64,000 nucleotides of DNA from Clostridia bacterium (GCA_017508665.1 JAFVYL010000013.1:3544-67543); one strand, 5' to 3'; positions 27,372-38,144 are shown, numbered from the stretch's first letter. A program made the numbers and translations. Notes: generated from the sequence alone by a model not told the origin.

Positions 27372-28337
27372 ATGATTAAGGTTACAAATCTTGTAAAGCG
27401 ATACGGTACCAATTATGCCTTGAACGACATAAGCTTCGAGGTGGGCGAGGGTGAGATCGTAGGTCTTCTCGGCCCTAACGGAGCAGGTAAGAGTACCGCT
27501 ATGAATATCCTCACCGGATATCTTTCCTCTACCTCCGGCGAGGTGTATATAAACGGAGTCAATATTCTCGAAGATCCTATAGCGGCGAAGAAGAATATAG
27601 GCTTCCTTCCCGAGCAGCCGCCTCTCTATCCCGAGATGACGGTTACCGAGTATCTCAACTTTGTATACGAGCTCAAGAGCTGCGAGCTTGATCGCGCGGC
27701 TCATCTTGACGAGATCATGTCTGTCACTAAGCTCACTGAGGTAAAGGACAGGCTCATCCGCAATCTCTCCAAGGGTAACAAGCAGAGAGTCGGTATAGCT
27801 CAGGCTCTTATCGGAGATCCTAAGGTGGTTATCTTCGACGAGCCCACCGTAGGTCTTGACCCTAAGCAGATCATCGCTGTGAGAAATCTTCTCAGAACCC
27901 TCGCAAAGCGTCACACGGTAGTGCTCTCCACCCATATTCTTGCAGAAGTGCAGGCAGTTTGCGAGAGAGTTATCATTATCAATAAAGGCAAGATCATAGC
28001 CGACGAGCGCACAGAGGATATCGTCAAGACCATCGAGGACGGTTACCGCTACAGAGTGAAGATATGCGGCCCTGCAAGAGAGGTCGAGGCTTCTCTCAGA
28101 AGGATCTCGGGTGTTAAAGCGGTTGAAGCTACGGGGGATCGTGACCTTGATTCATACGCATACATCATTGAGAGTGACAAGAACGTCGACATAAGAAAGT
28201 CGGTGTTTAACTTCTGTGTATCCAACGGCTGGCCTATGATAGGTATGGAGCCCCATGGCACAGATCTTGAGACAATATTTATCCGCCTGGTTGACCGCTC
28301 TGACGGAGTGGTAGAGACCAAGAAGCGCAGAAAGTGA
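27372..28337 (+). CDS. ABC exporter ATP-binding protein (GldA-like)
   Basis: GPNGAGKST, LSKGNKQRVGIAQAL, DEPTVGLDPKQI and STHIL motifs. Confidence 0.92.
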   Translation: MIKVTNLVKRYGTNYALNDISFEVGEGEIVGLLGPNGAGKSTAMNILTGYLSSTSGEVYINGVNILEDPIAAKKNIGFLPEQPPLYPEMTVTEYLNFVYELKSCELDRAAHLDEIMSVTKLTEVKDRLIRNLSKGNKQRVGIAQALIGDPKVVIFDEPTVGLDPKQIIAVRNLLRTLAKRHTVVLSTHILAEVQAVCERVIIINKGKIIADERTEDIVKTIEDGYRYRVKICGPAREVEASLRRISGVKAVEATGDRDLDSYAYIIESDKNVDIRKSVFNFCVSNGWPMIGMEPHGTDLETIFIRLVDRSDGVVETKKRRK

Positions 28338-28348
28338 GGGCATAACAG

Positions 28349-29056
28349 ATGCTTGCAATTTATAAGAGAGAGCTCCGCGGCTATTTCGTCGGAGTTATAG
28401 GATACGTCTTCCTCGTTATTTACCTTGCTATGGCAGGTATACTCTTCAGCTATACCACAATGTTCTCCATGTCGGCTAACGTGACCTCTTATTTCACGCT
28501 CATGCTGATATTCTCCGCTATCGTGCTTCCTCTTCTTACAATGAAATCCTTCAGTGAAGAAAGAAAGACAAAGACAGAGCAGCTTATTCTCACCGCACCC
28601 ATATCGCTCCCCGCGATGGTGTTCGGCAAGTTCCTCGCGTCCTATACCGTTTTCGGCTCTGCGACTCTTCTCACCTCTTTGTATTTCCTCTTCCTTGTTC
28701 CTTACGCTAAGCTTCAGTTTGCCATTCTCTTTGGCAACCTCGTGGCTCTTATGCTTGTAGGAATGGTATTTATTTCAATAGGACTTTTCGTTTCCGCTCT
28801 TACCGAGAATCAGCTCTCCGCTGCTATCGGTACTATCGCGATAATTCTCGGCTTCCTCGGTATAGGTCTTATCAATACGCTTATACCCACCAAGTACGCT
28901 ATCAGATTCGTATTCAGCGCTCTGTCCATCTTCACCAGATTCCAGAGCTACGTTAACGGATACTTCGAGATTGCTTCCGTCATCTATTACCTCTCGGTAA
29001 GCGCAATATTCCTTTGGCTCACCATCAGAGTATACGACCGCCGCAGATTCGGTTGA
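28349..29056 (+). CDS. ABC-2 type permease (GldF-like)
   Basis: IYKRELRGYF, LTMKSFSEERK..TEQL..TAP, GKFLA, SALTENQ; six TM segments. Confidence 0.9.
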   Translation: MLAIYKRELRGYFVGVIGYVFLVIYLAMAGILFSYTTMFSMSANVTSYFTLMLIFSAIVLPLLTMKSFSEERKTKTEQLILTAPISLPAMVFGKFLASYTVFGSATLLTSLYFLFLVPYAKLQFAILFGNLVALMLVGMVFISIGLFVSALTENQLSAAIGTIAIILGFLGIGLINTLIPTKYAIRFVFSALSIFTRFQSYVNGYFEIASVIYYLSVSAIFLWLTIRVYDRRRFG

Positions 29057-29072
29057 TTGGAGTGTCTGACGT

Positions 29073-30761
29073 ATGAAAGAATTCCTTAAAAAGCTCGGGC
29101 GCAGTGTGACGGGCAGACGCGGTATCGGCGGCACTATGACCGTGGTTATCATAATCGCGGTAGTAATGCTCAACGTTATTGCCTACACCGTTACTAACGC
29201 GTTCCAACTGTACCTGTATTCTCCCAAGAGAGACGATCTCTCCATCTCGGGCAACACAGACGCTCTCTTTGAGGATGCGATCCTTACGGGCAAAAAGGTG
29301 ACGATCACCTTCTGTTACACCGAAGAAAAGCTCAAGACTCACGGCACGGGCAGCTACGTTCTGCAGACGGCACGCGAGTTTGAGAAGAGATATCCCGATT
29401 TTATCAACTTAAGATTTGTAAATCTTCTTACCAAGAGATATGACGACGAGGAGGCTAAGTTTGCCAACCTCGATATCTACTGCGACGTCGTTTGTCAGAA
29501 CGACACAAATCCCGACGAGAATATAGTTGATACCTGCGGCAACGTTATGCGTTATGCCGACGTCGGATACAATGAGGCACAAGAGCCTATATGTACCAAG
29601 TGCAAGGGAAAGCTTGACCTCAACAATTGGACCGTGCGCAATTTCGCGCAGAATTCCATAATATTTGAGACGGGTAAGTTTGGCGAATCCTCGTTCAGCT
29701 ACCGTGTTCTTACAGACCGCTCGACCTCGTCGGGATTCGTAGACTTCTACACCCTTGACGCCGCAGGCAACGTAGTTGCTTATAACGGTGAAGAGGTTAT
29801 GGCGGCTATGATCTCATGGATACTCCAGAAGGAGCATCCCGTCGCTTACTTCACACAGAACCACGGAGAGACCGCGGATATAGCTTTCAGCAATCTGCTT
29901 ACCTGCGCGGGCTACTACGTAGAGGTTATAAATCTCAGAAAGCAGAGCGTTCCCGAGGACGCGGGACTCGTTATAATCTCCAATCCCACCTCTGACTTTG
30001 ACCGCTCCGAGCCCGGCTCTGATATATTCGGAGAGATAAATAAGCTCGAGGCTTATCTTGAAAACGGCGGAAAGCTTTACGTTGCTCTCGATCCTTACGT
30101 TAAGGAGCTCAAAAACCTCGAGGCTATGCTCACAAATTGGGGCATCACGGTCGCGGTAGGCAAGAGTGACGATGACGTAATTTTGAGAGAGATCGTGCGT
30201 GACAACACCAACGCTATCACTCCCGACGGATACACCTTCGTTGCCACTCATGCGGACAACGGTGTTGCAAACAGTATTCGCGATAAGGTGACCGAATACG
30301 GTGACGGTGAGAGTGTGCTTGTGAGCGCAGTAGCAAGACTTAAGCTCGATGAATCCAAGGGGGCAAAGCCCTTGCTTATCTCGGGCAAATCCTCGTCTAC
30401 GCATATAGGCGACCGCAGAGAGGATAACAGCGGCAGCTATGCCGTATCCGCTTACTCTGTAAGAGAGGAAAAATCGGGCAAGACGTCTACCGTGTTCGTT
30501 ATTCCCACGGCTTATATCACGGCTACCGACGCATTCCTTTCCGAAAACTACTCCAACAAGGACTTCCTCTATTCCACCTTGGAGGTGCTCTTTGGCTCGT
30601 GCCGTGCACCCAGAGGATGCAATCAGATCAATTATACCGGACAAAGACTTGAAAATCTCACCATGGGCAGAGCAAGACTTTACACGGCTATCATACTTAT
30701 GCTTCCTACCGCTATCGCGGCAGTGGGTATAATCACTATTATAAGGAGAAAGAACAGATAA
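29073..30761 (+). CDS. GldG-like ABC accessory protein (N- and C-terminal TM) with a Cys-rich insertion
   Basis: AYFTQNHGE, VPEDAGLVIISNPTSDF, YLENGGKL..DP and N.DF motifs typical of ABC transporter auxiliary (GldG) domains. Confidence 0.75.
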   Translation: MKEFLKKLGRSVTGRRGIGGTMTVVIIIAVVMLNVIAYTVTNAFQLYLYSPKRDDLSISGNTDALFEDAILTGKKVTITFCYTEEKLKTHGTGSYVLQTAREFEKRYPDFINLRFVNLLTKRYDDEEAKFANLDIYCDVVCQNDTNPDENIVDTCGNVMRYADVGYNEAQEPICTKCKGKLDLNNWTVRNFAQNSIIFETGKFGESSFSYRVLTDRSTSSGFVDFYTLDAAGNVVAYNGEEVMAAMISWILQKEHPVAYFTQNHGETADIAFSNLLTCAGYYVEVINLRKQSVPEDAGLVIISNPTSDFDRSEPGSDIFGEINKLEAYLENGGKLYVALDPYVKELKNLEAMLTNWGITVAVGKSDDDVILREIVRDNTNAITPDGYTFVATHADNGVANSIRDKVTEYGDGESVLVSAVARLKLDESKGAKPLLISGKSSSTHIGDRREDNSGSYAVSAYSVREEKSGKTSTVFVIPTAYITATDAFLSENYSNKDFLYSTLEVLFGSCRAPRGCNQINYTGQRLENLTMGRARLYTAIILMLPTAIAAVGIITIIRRKNR

Positions 30762-30764
30762 CCG

Positions 30765-32429
30765 ATGAAAAAATCGCTATTCAAGGGTAAAAGCACCCGA
30801 ACAAAAATATATACTGTTATCTCGATAGTCGGTATCGTACTACTCCTTGGGCTCAATCTGCTCCTGACATACGTCGGCGGTAATAATCTTCTTATGATAG
30901 ACCTGACGTACGAGGGATTCTACACCTTGAGCGATAAAATGCTTGAGACGTGTCACGAACTATTCGACCAAAAGGAAGGCGAAGCCAAGAAGGAGATCAC
31001 CGTCACCTTCTGCGCCGATCCCGATTATCTCACAGCAAACGATGCTATGCGCGCCACCTATTTTATGGCGCTCTCAATGCAGAAAAAGTTTGATAACGTG
31101 AAGGTTAAGACGGTCAACGTAGGCGTTGATCCTATGGCTGTCGCTATGTACAAGACAACATCAAGAGACTCTATATCCTCCAATGACGTTATTTTCTCTT
31201 ACGGAGGAAAATACAGAATCGTGGATGCCTCCACCTTCTGGACTAAGGACAACTTCTCCTACAACGGTGAATACAGAGTCGCATCCATTCTTGCTTCTCT
31301 TACGGCTATTGAAAAGCCTGTAGCGTATTTTGTAACCAATTACGGCGCGGAATATTACGATCCGGCAAATCCCGATTCCGAAAACAGCATCAATCTCTCG
31401 AGCTTTGCCGATCTTATTACCGAGCGCGGACTTGAGATACGCACGCTCGATCTTTCTAAGGTTGAGAGTATCCCGGACGATTGCGCGCTCCTCATAATCA
31501 ACAATCCGACAAAGGACTTTAAGACGGATGAGAGCACTCTCAACTCCTTCTATCACGTGTCCGACCTTGACAAGATAGACAAATATCTTGTAGGTGAGTT
31601 TGGCGCGGTGATGTTCAATAAGGCGTATAACGTGGAGCTCCCCGAATTTGAAAACTTCTGCAAGGAGTGGGGAATCTCCTTTGGCAACGCGCTTGTTACC
31701 GACAGAGATAACGCTCTTTACACGAGCATCAACGGCACGGTAGACGACACCCTCTTTGCAGCTACCTACGATGCTGACGAGGCCAATTTCGGCCCGGCAT
31801 ATTACGGCTCGTACTCGCATCTGCAGTCCGCTCCGAAGATGGTATTTTCCAACACGGGTTACGTCTACTGCTCTATGGATATGAGTGAATCCATGGTAGA
31901 GTCAGGTAACCATGAGGGATCGAAGAATTATGCCGCGTTTATCGGCACGTCTGCCGGCGCGTACCATCTCAACAAGGACGGCTCGGGAGCTGAGGGCGTA
32001 AAAACCCTTGTTGCCGCGAGTGTAAGAACAGATCTTAACTCCGAGACCTCGGAGAAGACCTCCTCTTACTTCTTCTGCTCCAACAGCGAGGACTTCTTCT
32101 CGAACGAGATCATCGGCAACGCATCATACTCAAACTATGACGTTTTGGCGTCGGTGATCAGCAATATCACAAGAACAGACAGATTCGCCAGCATTGATCT
32201 TGGCGGCTTCTCCTATAACTCTACGAGCTTTGGCGGAAAGCAGACGCTCAGCACGGAGCTCTCACCTTCTCCCAGCAAGATCTATACATGGGATGCCTCC
32301 GACGTTATCAAGAATAACAAAGGACTCGGCAGAGGTGCTATAGTTGTATATACGATTCTCGTTATGGTTGCACCCGTGGCGGTTTTAACGCTCGGCATCA
32401 TAATGTTTATCAAGCGCAAATTCTTATAA
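30765..32429 (+). CDS. Second GldG-like ABC accessory protein
   Basis: IDLTYEGFYTLS, AYFVTNYGAE, IPDDCALLIINNPTKDF; N- and C-terminal TM, ends IKRKFL. Confidence 0.75.
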   Translation: MKKSLFKGKSTRTKIYTVISIVGIVLLLGLNLLLTYVGGNNLLMIDLTYEGFYTLSDKMLETCHELFDQKEGEAKKEITVTFCADPDYLTANDAMRATYFMALSMQKKFDNVKVKTVNVGVDPMAVAMYKTTSRDSISSNDVIFSYGGKYRIVDASTFWTKDNFSYNGEYRVASILASLTAIEKPVAYFVTNYGAEYYDPANPDSENSINLSSFADLITERGLEIRTLDLSKVESIPDDCALLIINNPTKDFKTDESTLNSFYHVSDLDKIDKYLVGEFGAVMFNKAYNVELPEFENFCKEWGISFGNALVTDRDNALYTSINGTVDDTLFAATYDADEANFGPAYYGSYSHLQSAPKMVFSNTGYVYCSMDMSESMVESGNHEGSKNYAAFIGTSAGAYHLNKDGSGAEGVKTLVAASVRTDLNSETSEKTSSYFFCSNSEDFFSNEIIGNASYSNYDVLASVISNITRTDRFASIDLGGFSYNSTSFGGKQTLSTELSPSPSKIYTWDASDVIKNNKGLGRGAIVVYTILVMVAPVAVLTLGIIMFIKRKFL

Positions 32430-32439
32430 GGAGGCAGGC

Positions 32440-35370
32440 GTGAAAACAGTAAACAAAAGACTAAATAAAGCGCAGATCGCTACTATCTGTCTCCTGATAA
32501 TATCCATCGTACTCACGGCAACCTATTTTGTTATATCAGGTATTGCCAAGAAGCGTGCCGCGGACAAGGCGAGTGCCGCGACTCCTCCCGCACAGCTCAA
32601 CATCAAGACAGAGCTCGGTGAGTCGTCCTATCTCAACGTACCGATAGCTTATCCGCGTATTGATGAATCTCAGATGATACTCATAGAGATCACCAAAAAC
32701 GGTGAGGGCTATGGCGTGTCGAGATATCCCGACGATAACAGCAGCTTCGTATTCCACACCTTCAAGGACGGAGACGAGAACAGATATCCCTTCCTGCCTC
32801 CTATTTCAAGCATCGAGGGTGATTTCAATTACGAAACCCTTTATGCTGTAGAGCAGAACGGACTCGGCAGAATTCTCACCCGTCTCTGTTCGGCTCTCGG
32901 CACTCCCTACTTTACCGAGAGAATAGAGCTTCCCGAGAAGGGAACGGATCAGTATAACGCTATGCTCAAGGAGTACGGGCTTACTAAGAGCGAGAGCACT
33001 CAGATCGCCTTCGCATATGGCGACAGAGATTCCGACAAAAAAATAATTGAAGGCACCAAGGACAGCTGTGTAATTACCGTCGGAGGTAAGGCGGTTTCGG
33101 GCTCCGGATACTACTTTATGGTAAGTGACGGAAAGCATGACAGAAACTGCGTATACTACACAGCAAGTGAATATTTCACCTATGCGCTCGGCGGCTTTGA
33201 GAGCTTTGTAAACGGCAGACTCGTCGCAGAGGGCCTCTCGAACGATAAGGGCTTCAGCCCCTATCTCACCACAGACTTCAAGTCCTGGACGGGCACTCTC
33301 TTTGATGAGGAAGGAAAGGACGCGGTAGACGGTAATAAAAATCCCACGGTAGTTGTTATCGGCGATGCCTACAGCACCAATCAGCTGCCGGCTGATAAGG
33401 CCGACGGATATTTCGGTTACGATATCGATAAGGATGCCGTGCTTACCTTTGATCTCGAGGCTCTGAAGGAGCACCCCGAGTATGAGAAAATAAAGCACGT
33501 GCTGAATGGAAAGCTTGTCGGAGACCAGCAGGAGAAAATAATTCTGACACTCCTCGGAGGACTCCACGGAACGAGCAGCAAGTACGTTAACTTCACCGAG
33601 AGCACCTACACCTACACTATATCCAAGATAGAAGCGGTAGTGACCTCTCAGGGTGACGTGACCGGCGGTGTTACCGATGCTTCTCACAAGCAGTTTAAGG
33701 TCACTTACACGTACACGGGTGGGGGCAAACAGTCCTATCACGACTGCCACGCGGTCATAGATATCAGAAAGCTCTCAAGCGAGGACCAGGGCAAATTCCT
33801 CTCGCTCCCCATAGGCGAGGAGCTTGCCTCTCCCATCGTGATCACGGTTAATTACACCACGGAAAACGCGCTCAATTCAAACGAAAAGTATTATCTTCAT
33901 AAGGTATACGCCGTGTTTGACGAAAAGGGCGCTACCACGGACGTGATAACCGAAAATTCCTATATCAACTACGCTTACTTCGTTTCGGTTGACGACAGCA
34001 TCAAGCTTGCCGATCTTGAAAAGAAGGATATCAAGACGGATATAGTCAGACTCTGCGATATTAAGAAGGATGATCCTCTCTATCCTATGGTCGGCCTTCT
34101 TCTTGACAAAGAGGCTGAAGATTTCAGCAAGATAGAAAATGAAGTGATCTACAACACGGACTACTTCTATGAATATATGAAGGAGTTCTCCTGCTACGAG
34201 ATAACCGATATCGAGTATTTCATAGAGAATGAGATAATCGTATCCTTTGAATTTGTAAACGCATCCGAGAGAGACCCCTTCTACGGTGACATCTTCTACA
34301 AGAACACTCTTGAAAACGAGTACGCTATGTACGGTCTTAATGCGGGAACGTGTGAAAAGGCGGTCGAGCTTCTCGGCGGTGTCGGTGCACAGGGCAGCAA
34401 CTCCTCCGGACTCACCGGACAGACAGTTGCGGTAGGCCTTACCCCCGAGAATATGTACAAATACGGGCTGTTCGCTCACAGAGTGTACTTTGAGATGCCT
34501 CGCGGACTTTACGACAAGACCGAGATGGATTCTCCCGAGACCACCGACGATCTCAGTGACTTCGGCTGGCTCAGATCGATAGGCTTCACTCTCTATATCA
34601 GTGACGTTAATTACGACGAAAACGGCAACAAGTTCAGATATATCGGCTCCGATATGTACGATATCATAGCTAAGGTCTACTCGAGCGACTTCGATTTCGT
34701 AGAATACGGCTTCGTTGAGTTCTGGGCAAGACGAAATATGGTTATGATGGACGTCAAGAAGCTTCAGGAATTGAAGCTCGAATTAAACATGGATGATCTT
34801 CACGGCGAGTACACCTTTGACGTGACGTACACCTTGAACGAAAGCACAAAGGAAACGTATCAGGACGTTATCGCATCGGTTGGTGCCGGATCGTTCGAAA
34901 CAGAGCTCTCAAAGCTTCTTAACAGCGAGGGCTACGGCTCTATCAGCCTCTCGAAGCTTTACAATAATACCATGGGCTCTCTTTACTACCCCGGAAGTAA
35001 CAAGACCTACGGCGCAGCCTACTTCAACAGCGTATACCATACGCTTCAGCTCACCGCATATCTTGATTGCTTCGAAGAGGGTGAGGTGAAGAGACCCGGC
35101 GAGGCAGGATTCAACAGTCCCAAGATCATGAGCATGCGACTTAAGGTTGAGGGAGCTGATTATTACTACACCTACGACTACTACAGAGTAGATGCGCGCC
35201 GTGTAATGGTTGCGCTTTACAGAACGGATGCGGACGGTAACAAGAACACCGAGCTTGGCGAGGTTTCCGACTTCTATATTACCTGGGGCGCATTCCAGAA
35301 GCTGGTTAACAATTATATCACTCTCCTTAACGGTCAGCCTATCGACAAGAGCATAGGCTATACTGATTAA
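32440..35370 (+). CDS. Large single-pass membrane protein, DUF4340-like segments
   Basis: N-terminal TM; LKEYGL..ITVGGKAVSGSGYYFMV..VYY and MYKYGL segments resemble DUF4340 proteins that follow gldG-like genes; aaggagg RBS. Confidence 0.55.
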   Translation: MKTVNKRLNKAQIATICLLIISIVLTATYFVISGIAKKRAADKASAATPPAQLNIKTELGESSYLNVPIAYPRIDESQMILIEITKNGEGYGVSRYPDDNSSFVFHTFKDGDENRYPFLPPISSIEGDFNYETLYAVEQNGLGRILTRLCSALGTPYFTERIELPEKGTDQYNAMLKEYGLTKSESTQIAFAYGDRDSDKKIIEGTKDSCVITVGGKAVSGSGYYFMVSDGKHDRNCVYYTASEYFTYALGGFESFVNGRLVAEGLSNDKGFSPYLTTDFKSWTGTLFDEEGKDAVDGNKNPTVVVIGDAYSTNQLPADKADGYFGYDIDKDAVLTFDLEALKEHPEYEKIKHVLNGKLVGDQQEKIILTLLGGLHGTSSKYVNFTESTYTYTISKIEAVVTSQGDVTGGVTDASHKQFKVTYTYTGGGKQSYHDCHAVIDIRKLSSEDQGKFLSLPIGEELASPIVITVNYTTENALNSNEKYYLHKVYAVFDEKGATTDVITENSYINYAYFVSVDDSIKLADLEKKDIKTDIVRLCDIKKDDPLYPMVGLLLDKEAEDFSKIENEVIYNTDYFYEYMKEFSCYEITDIEYFIENEIIVSFEFVNASERDPFYGDIFYKNTLENEYAMYGLNAGTCEKAVELLGGVGAQGSNSSGLTGQTVAVGLTPENMYKYGLFAHRVYFEMPRGLYDKTEMDSPETTDDLSDFGWLRSIGFTLYISDVNYDENGNKFRYIGSDMYDIIAKVYSSDFDFVEYGFVEFWARRNMVMMDVKKLQELKLELNMDDLHGEYTFDVTYTLNESTKETYQDVIASVGAGSFETELSKLLNSEGYGSISLSKLYNNTMGSLYYPGSNKTYGAAYFNSVYHTLQLTAYLDCFEEGEVKRPGEAGFNSPKIMSMRLKVEGADYYYTYDYYRVDARRVMVALYRTDADGNKNTELGEVSDFYITWGAFQKLVNNYITLLNGQPIDKSIGYTD

Positions 35371-35538
35371 GGCATCTTCCCGAGGGCGCGAGTGCGGTGA
35401 TCAAACCGAAAAAACCTTTAAAGGAGCGCAAAAAAGCTCTTTTGACGGTCACCCGAGTGCTAAAATGCACAAAAAAACGCCCTCAGGACAGCTTATAATG
35501 GAAATATAATAAAAAAATATTATTTTTTCAAAAAATGT

Positions 35539-35567
35539 TTGCATTTTAAGAAATTATATGGTATAAT
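35539..35567 (+). promoter_or_regulatory. sigmaA-type promoter for the lipoprotein gene
   Basis: TTGCAT-17 bp-TATAAT with TG extension and an AT-rich UP region. Confidence 0.75.
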
Positions 35568-35682
35568 GTTATGGCTTGAAATTTACCTTTGTGAAATATC
35601 ATCGGTAATACGGTCTACGTACCCTTTGGAACGGTACTCAAACAAGTTCTAAAAAATAAATTTATATAGAGGAAACAAGACG

Positions 35683-38063
35683 ATGAAAAAGAGAATTATC
35701 AGTTTAATTCTTGTCGTAGCTACCTTGGTTCTCACTCTTACCGGTTGTGCTTTCAACTATGCTAAGCGTGATCTCTCCAAGTACGCTACTCTGAACAGTG
35801 CAGACGTTAAGAACGCTTTGCTTAACCTTTCTATCAAGGACGGCACCTTCGGTACTGATCCCGTAAAGAGAGAAGAGCAGGTTAAGGACGCGGTTCTTAA
35901 GGCTCTCCTTAGTGCAGACACCACCAAAAAGCTTATAGGCAGTGTAGGCACAAACGATCAGTTTGCATACTGCTATTTCGCAGTAGACGCTGACGGTAAC
36001 GTATTCTATTCCGGAAACATGGATGCTTCCAAGCCTACCGTGTTCCAGCTTGGTCTTACCGGCATCACCGGTCTTAACGAGAAGGTTGCTGAGAAGATCG
36101 TTACTATCTCCAACATCAAGGATTACATCTACAGCACAAAGTCCGCTAACACCGTTGCGGCAGGCGACGTTGTATCCGTTACCTATCTCGTAGAGTGGAC
36201 AAGGATGCTGACGGCACAGTAGAGAACGAAGAGCGCGAGAGCGTAACAGCTCAGTATCAGCTTATCGGCGTTGACGAGTTCTCTCAGAAGCTTATCGGCG
36301 CTCAGGTTGGCATCGAGATGCCCGAGCAGTTCACCGCTCAGGTTAAGGATGGCGAGACCGACATTATCAAGACCTTCTCTAACGTAAAGGTAGAGAACAT
36401 TTTCAGACCCGCAACCGGCAGCACCGCGCTTAACGTTATGGATGAGGACGAGGTATTCGTTAGCTACACCATTAACTTTGACGCTACTCCCTACGCAGAC
36501 GATTCCGAGGAAGGTTATACCTTCCCCACCGTTACTCTTAACGGCAAGGAAGTTGACCTCAACAAGCTCAACTGGGACGTTAACTCCTCTAAGAAGTACA
36601 TCGCAAAGGTTACTCTTGAGAGAGTAAAGGCTGATCAGTACGAGCTCCAGGAGGGCGAGACCGAGATCCCTGCAGATAAGAAGACATTTGCTAACCAGAT
36701 CATCGGTATCACCGCAGGCTCTGCAACCGGCAGCAAGTTCACTGTTGACAACGGCGCTAAGCTCAGCGACGACACATACATCAAGATCGAGTACACCGAC
36801 GTTAAGGTTTCTTACATTGTAGGAGATCACAGCGCAAAGAGTGTGATCGACGTTAACTCCACCGATTACATCACCGTTGAGTACACTCCCTACACCGAGG
36901 CACTCAAGGAGGATAAGTCCAACAAGAAGACCGAGCTCAACGTTTACGGTCAGGAGATCGTACTCAATGAGAAGGCACTCACCTACTACATCTTCCCTGT
37001 TTACTACGTTGACGTTGTAGACACTACCGATGCTTTGGCAAGTGCAAAGTTCATTCTTAAGGAATTCGGCAGCCTTGTAGGTACCGAAGAGCCTCAGGAT
37101 GAGCACCACGAGCATACCGAGGGTCACAAGCATCCCCACATCTTCACCGTTCTCGATGAGGATTACAAGGGTGAAGAGGACAAGACAATCCTTGCTCTCG
37201 TAGAGGAGCTTGCAGCTCTTTACAAGACCTGGACCGAGAAGGAAGATACCGCTAACAAGGCGCTCTCCTCTCTTAAGACAGCACACGATAACTTTGCTAA
37301 GGCTGACGCTTCCGCTACCAACCGCTCTGAGCTTGAGGAAAAGCGCGAGAAGGCAAGAGTTGCTTATGCTACAGCAAAGGTTGACTCCGACCTCGCTCTT
37401 ACCGAGGTAAACAAGATGGTAGATAAGATCCTTGCTTGCAAGAAGGGTGAGGAGACCGTTCCCGCGGCTAAGTTCTTCGAGGGCTACACCGCTTATCAGA
37501 AGCTTGTTCTCGAGCTTACCTACGAGAACGATATCAAGTCTAAGATCGAGTCTGCGGTTATCGCATACTACAACAGCTGCGGTACATTTACCGGTGAGCT
37601 TCCCAAGAGTGCTGTTAAGCAGGCTTACAAGGCTTTGATGAACAGCTACAAGGCAAGCTTCTACGGCAACAAGACCACATTCGCTTCCTATGCTGATTTC
37701 GATGCTTATCTTATCGCTACTCTCAAGGTTGCTGATATGACAGCAGCAAAGGCGGCTCTTCAGGCTGAGGCTGAGAAGACCGTTAAGGACATCATCCGTA
37801 TCTACATTCTTCTTGACGCGGTTGAAGAGGCTTGGGGCGTTGACCTCACTCTCACCAAGGCTGAGAAGAAGGATATCAGAAAGCAGCACAAGCAGCTTGA
37901 GATCCTTTACAAGCAGTACGGCGTTGCTTACGAGTATGACATCAACACATACTACCACGCAGCTCAGTTTGACAAGATCATGAACTTCCTCCTTACCGCT
38001 AAGGAAGATGATCCCGATCTTAAGGTTAAGTTCGAGCATATCGACTATACCTTCTCTAAATAA
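35683..38063 (+). pseudogene. Trigger-factor/FKBP-like lipoprotein split by a 1-nt frameshift near 36196-36198 (real mutation or assembly error)
   Basis: ORF 35683-36222 (lipobox LTGC) and ORF 36195-38063 join into ..YLVEW-DKDADG.. if one G is restored; no RBS before the second ORF; DLSKY and LPKSAV..AEKTVK segments match the 38590 protein. Confidence 0.7.
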
Positions 38064-38085
38064 TCAAATAAACTGATTGACTACT

Positions 38086-38128
38086 ATAAAGGACTGTCCT
38101 GTTTTTTAAAGCGGCGCAGTCCTTTATT
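38086..38128 (+). terminator. Hairpin/terminator between the lipoprotein gene and rnhA
   Basis: ataaaggactg...cagtcctttat inverted repeat. Confidence 0.6.
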
Positions 38129-38144
38129 TATAAAAAGGAAGACT

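Noticed and set aside
35580-35660. Possible purine-type riboswitch in the lipoprotein leader
   Set aside because: Only a short gtacc/ggtac stem and a ctac motif; the three-way junction and loop-loop motifs are not evident
36190-36222. Programmed -1 ribosomal frameshift
   Set aside because: No X XXY YYZ slippery heptamer or clear downstream stimulatory structure at the junction
36183-38039. 618 aa antisense ORF
   Set aside because: Shadow of a strongly codon-biased sense gene; Leu/Val/Ser-rich with no motifs or RBS
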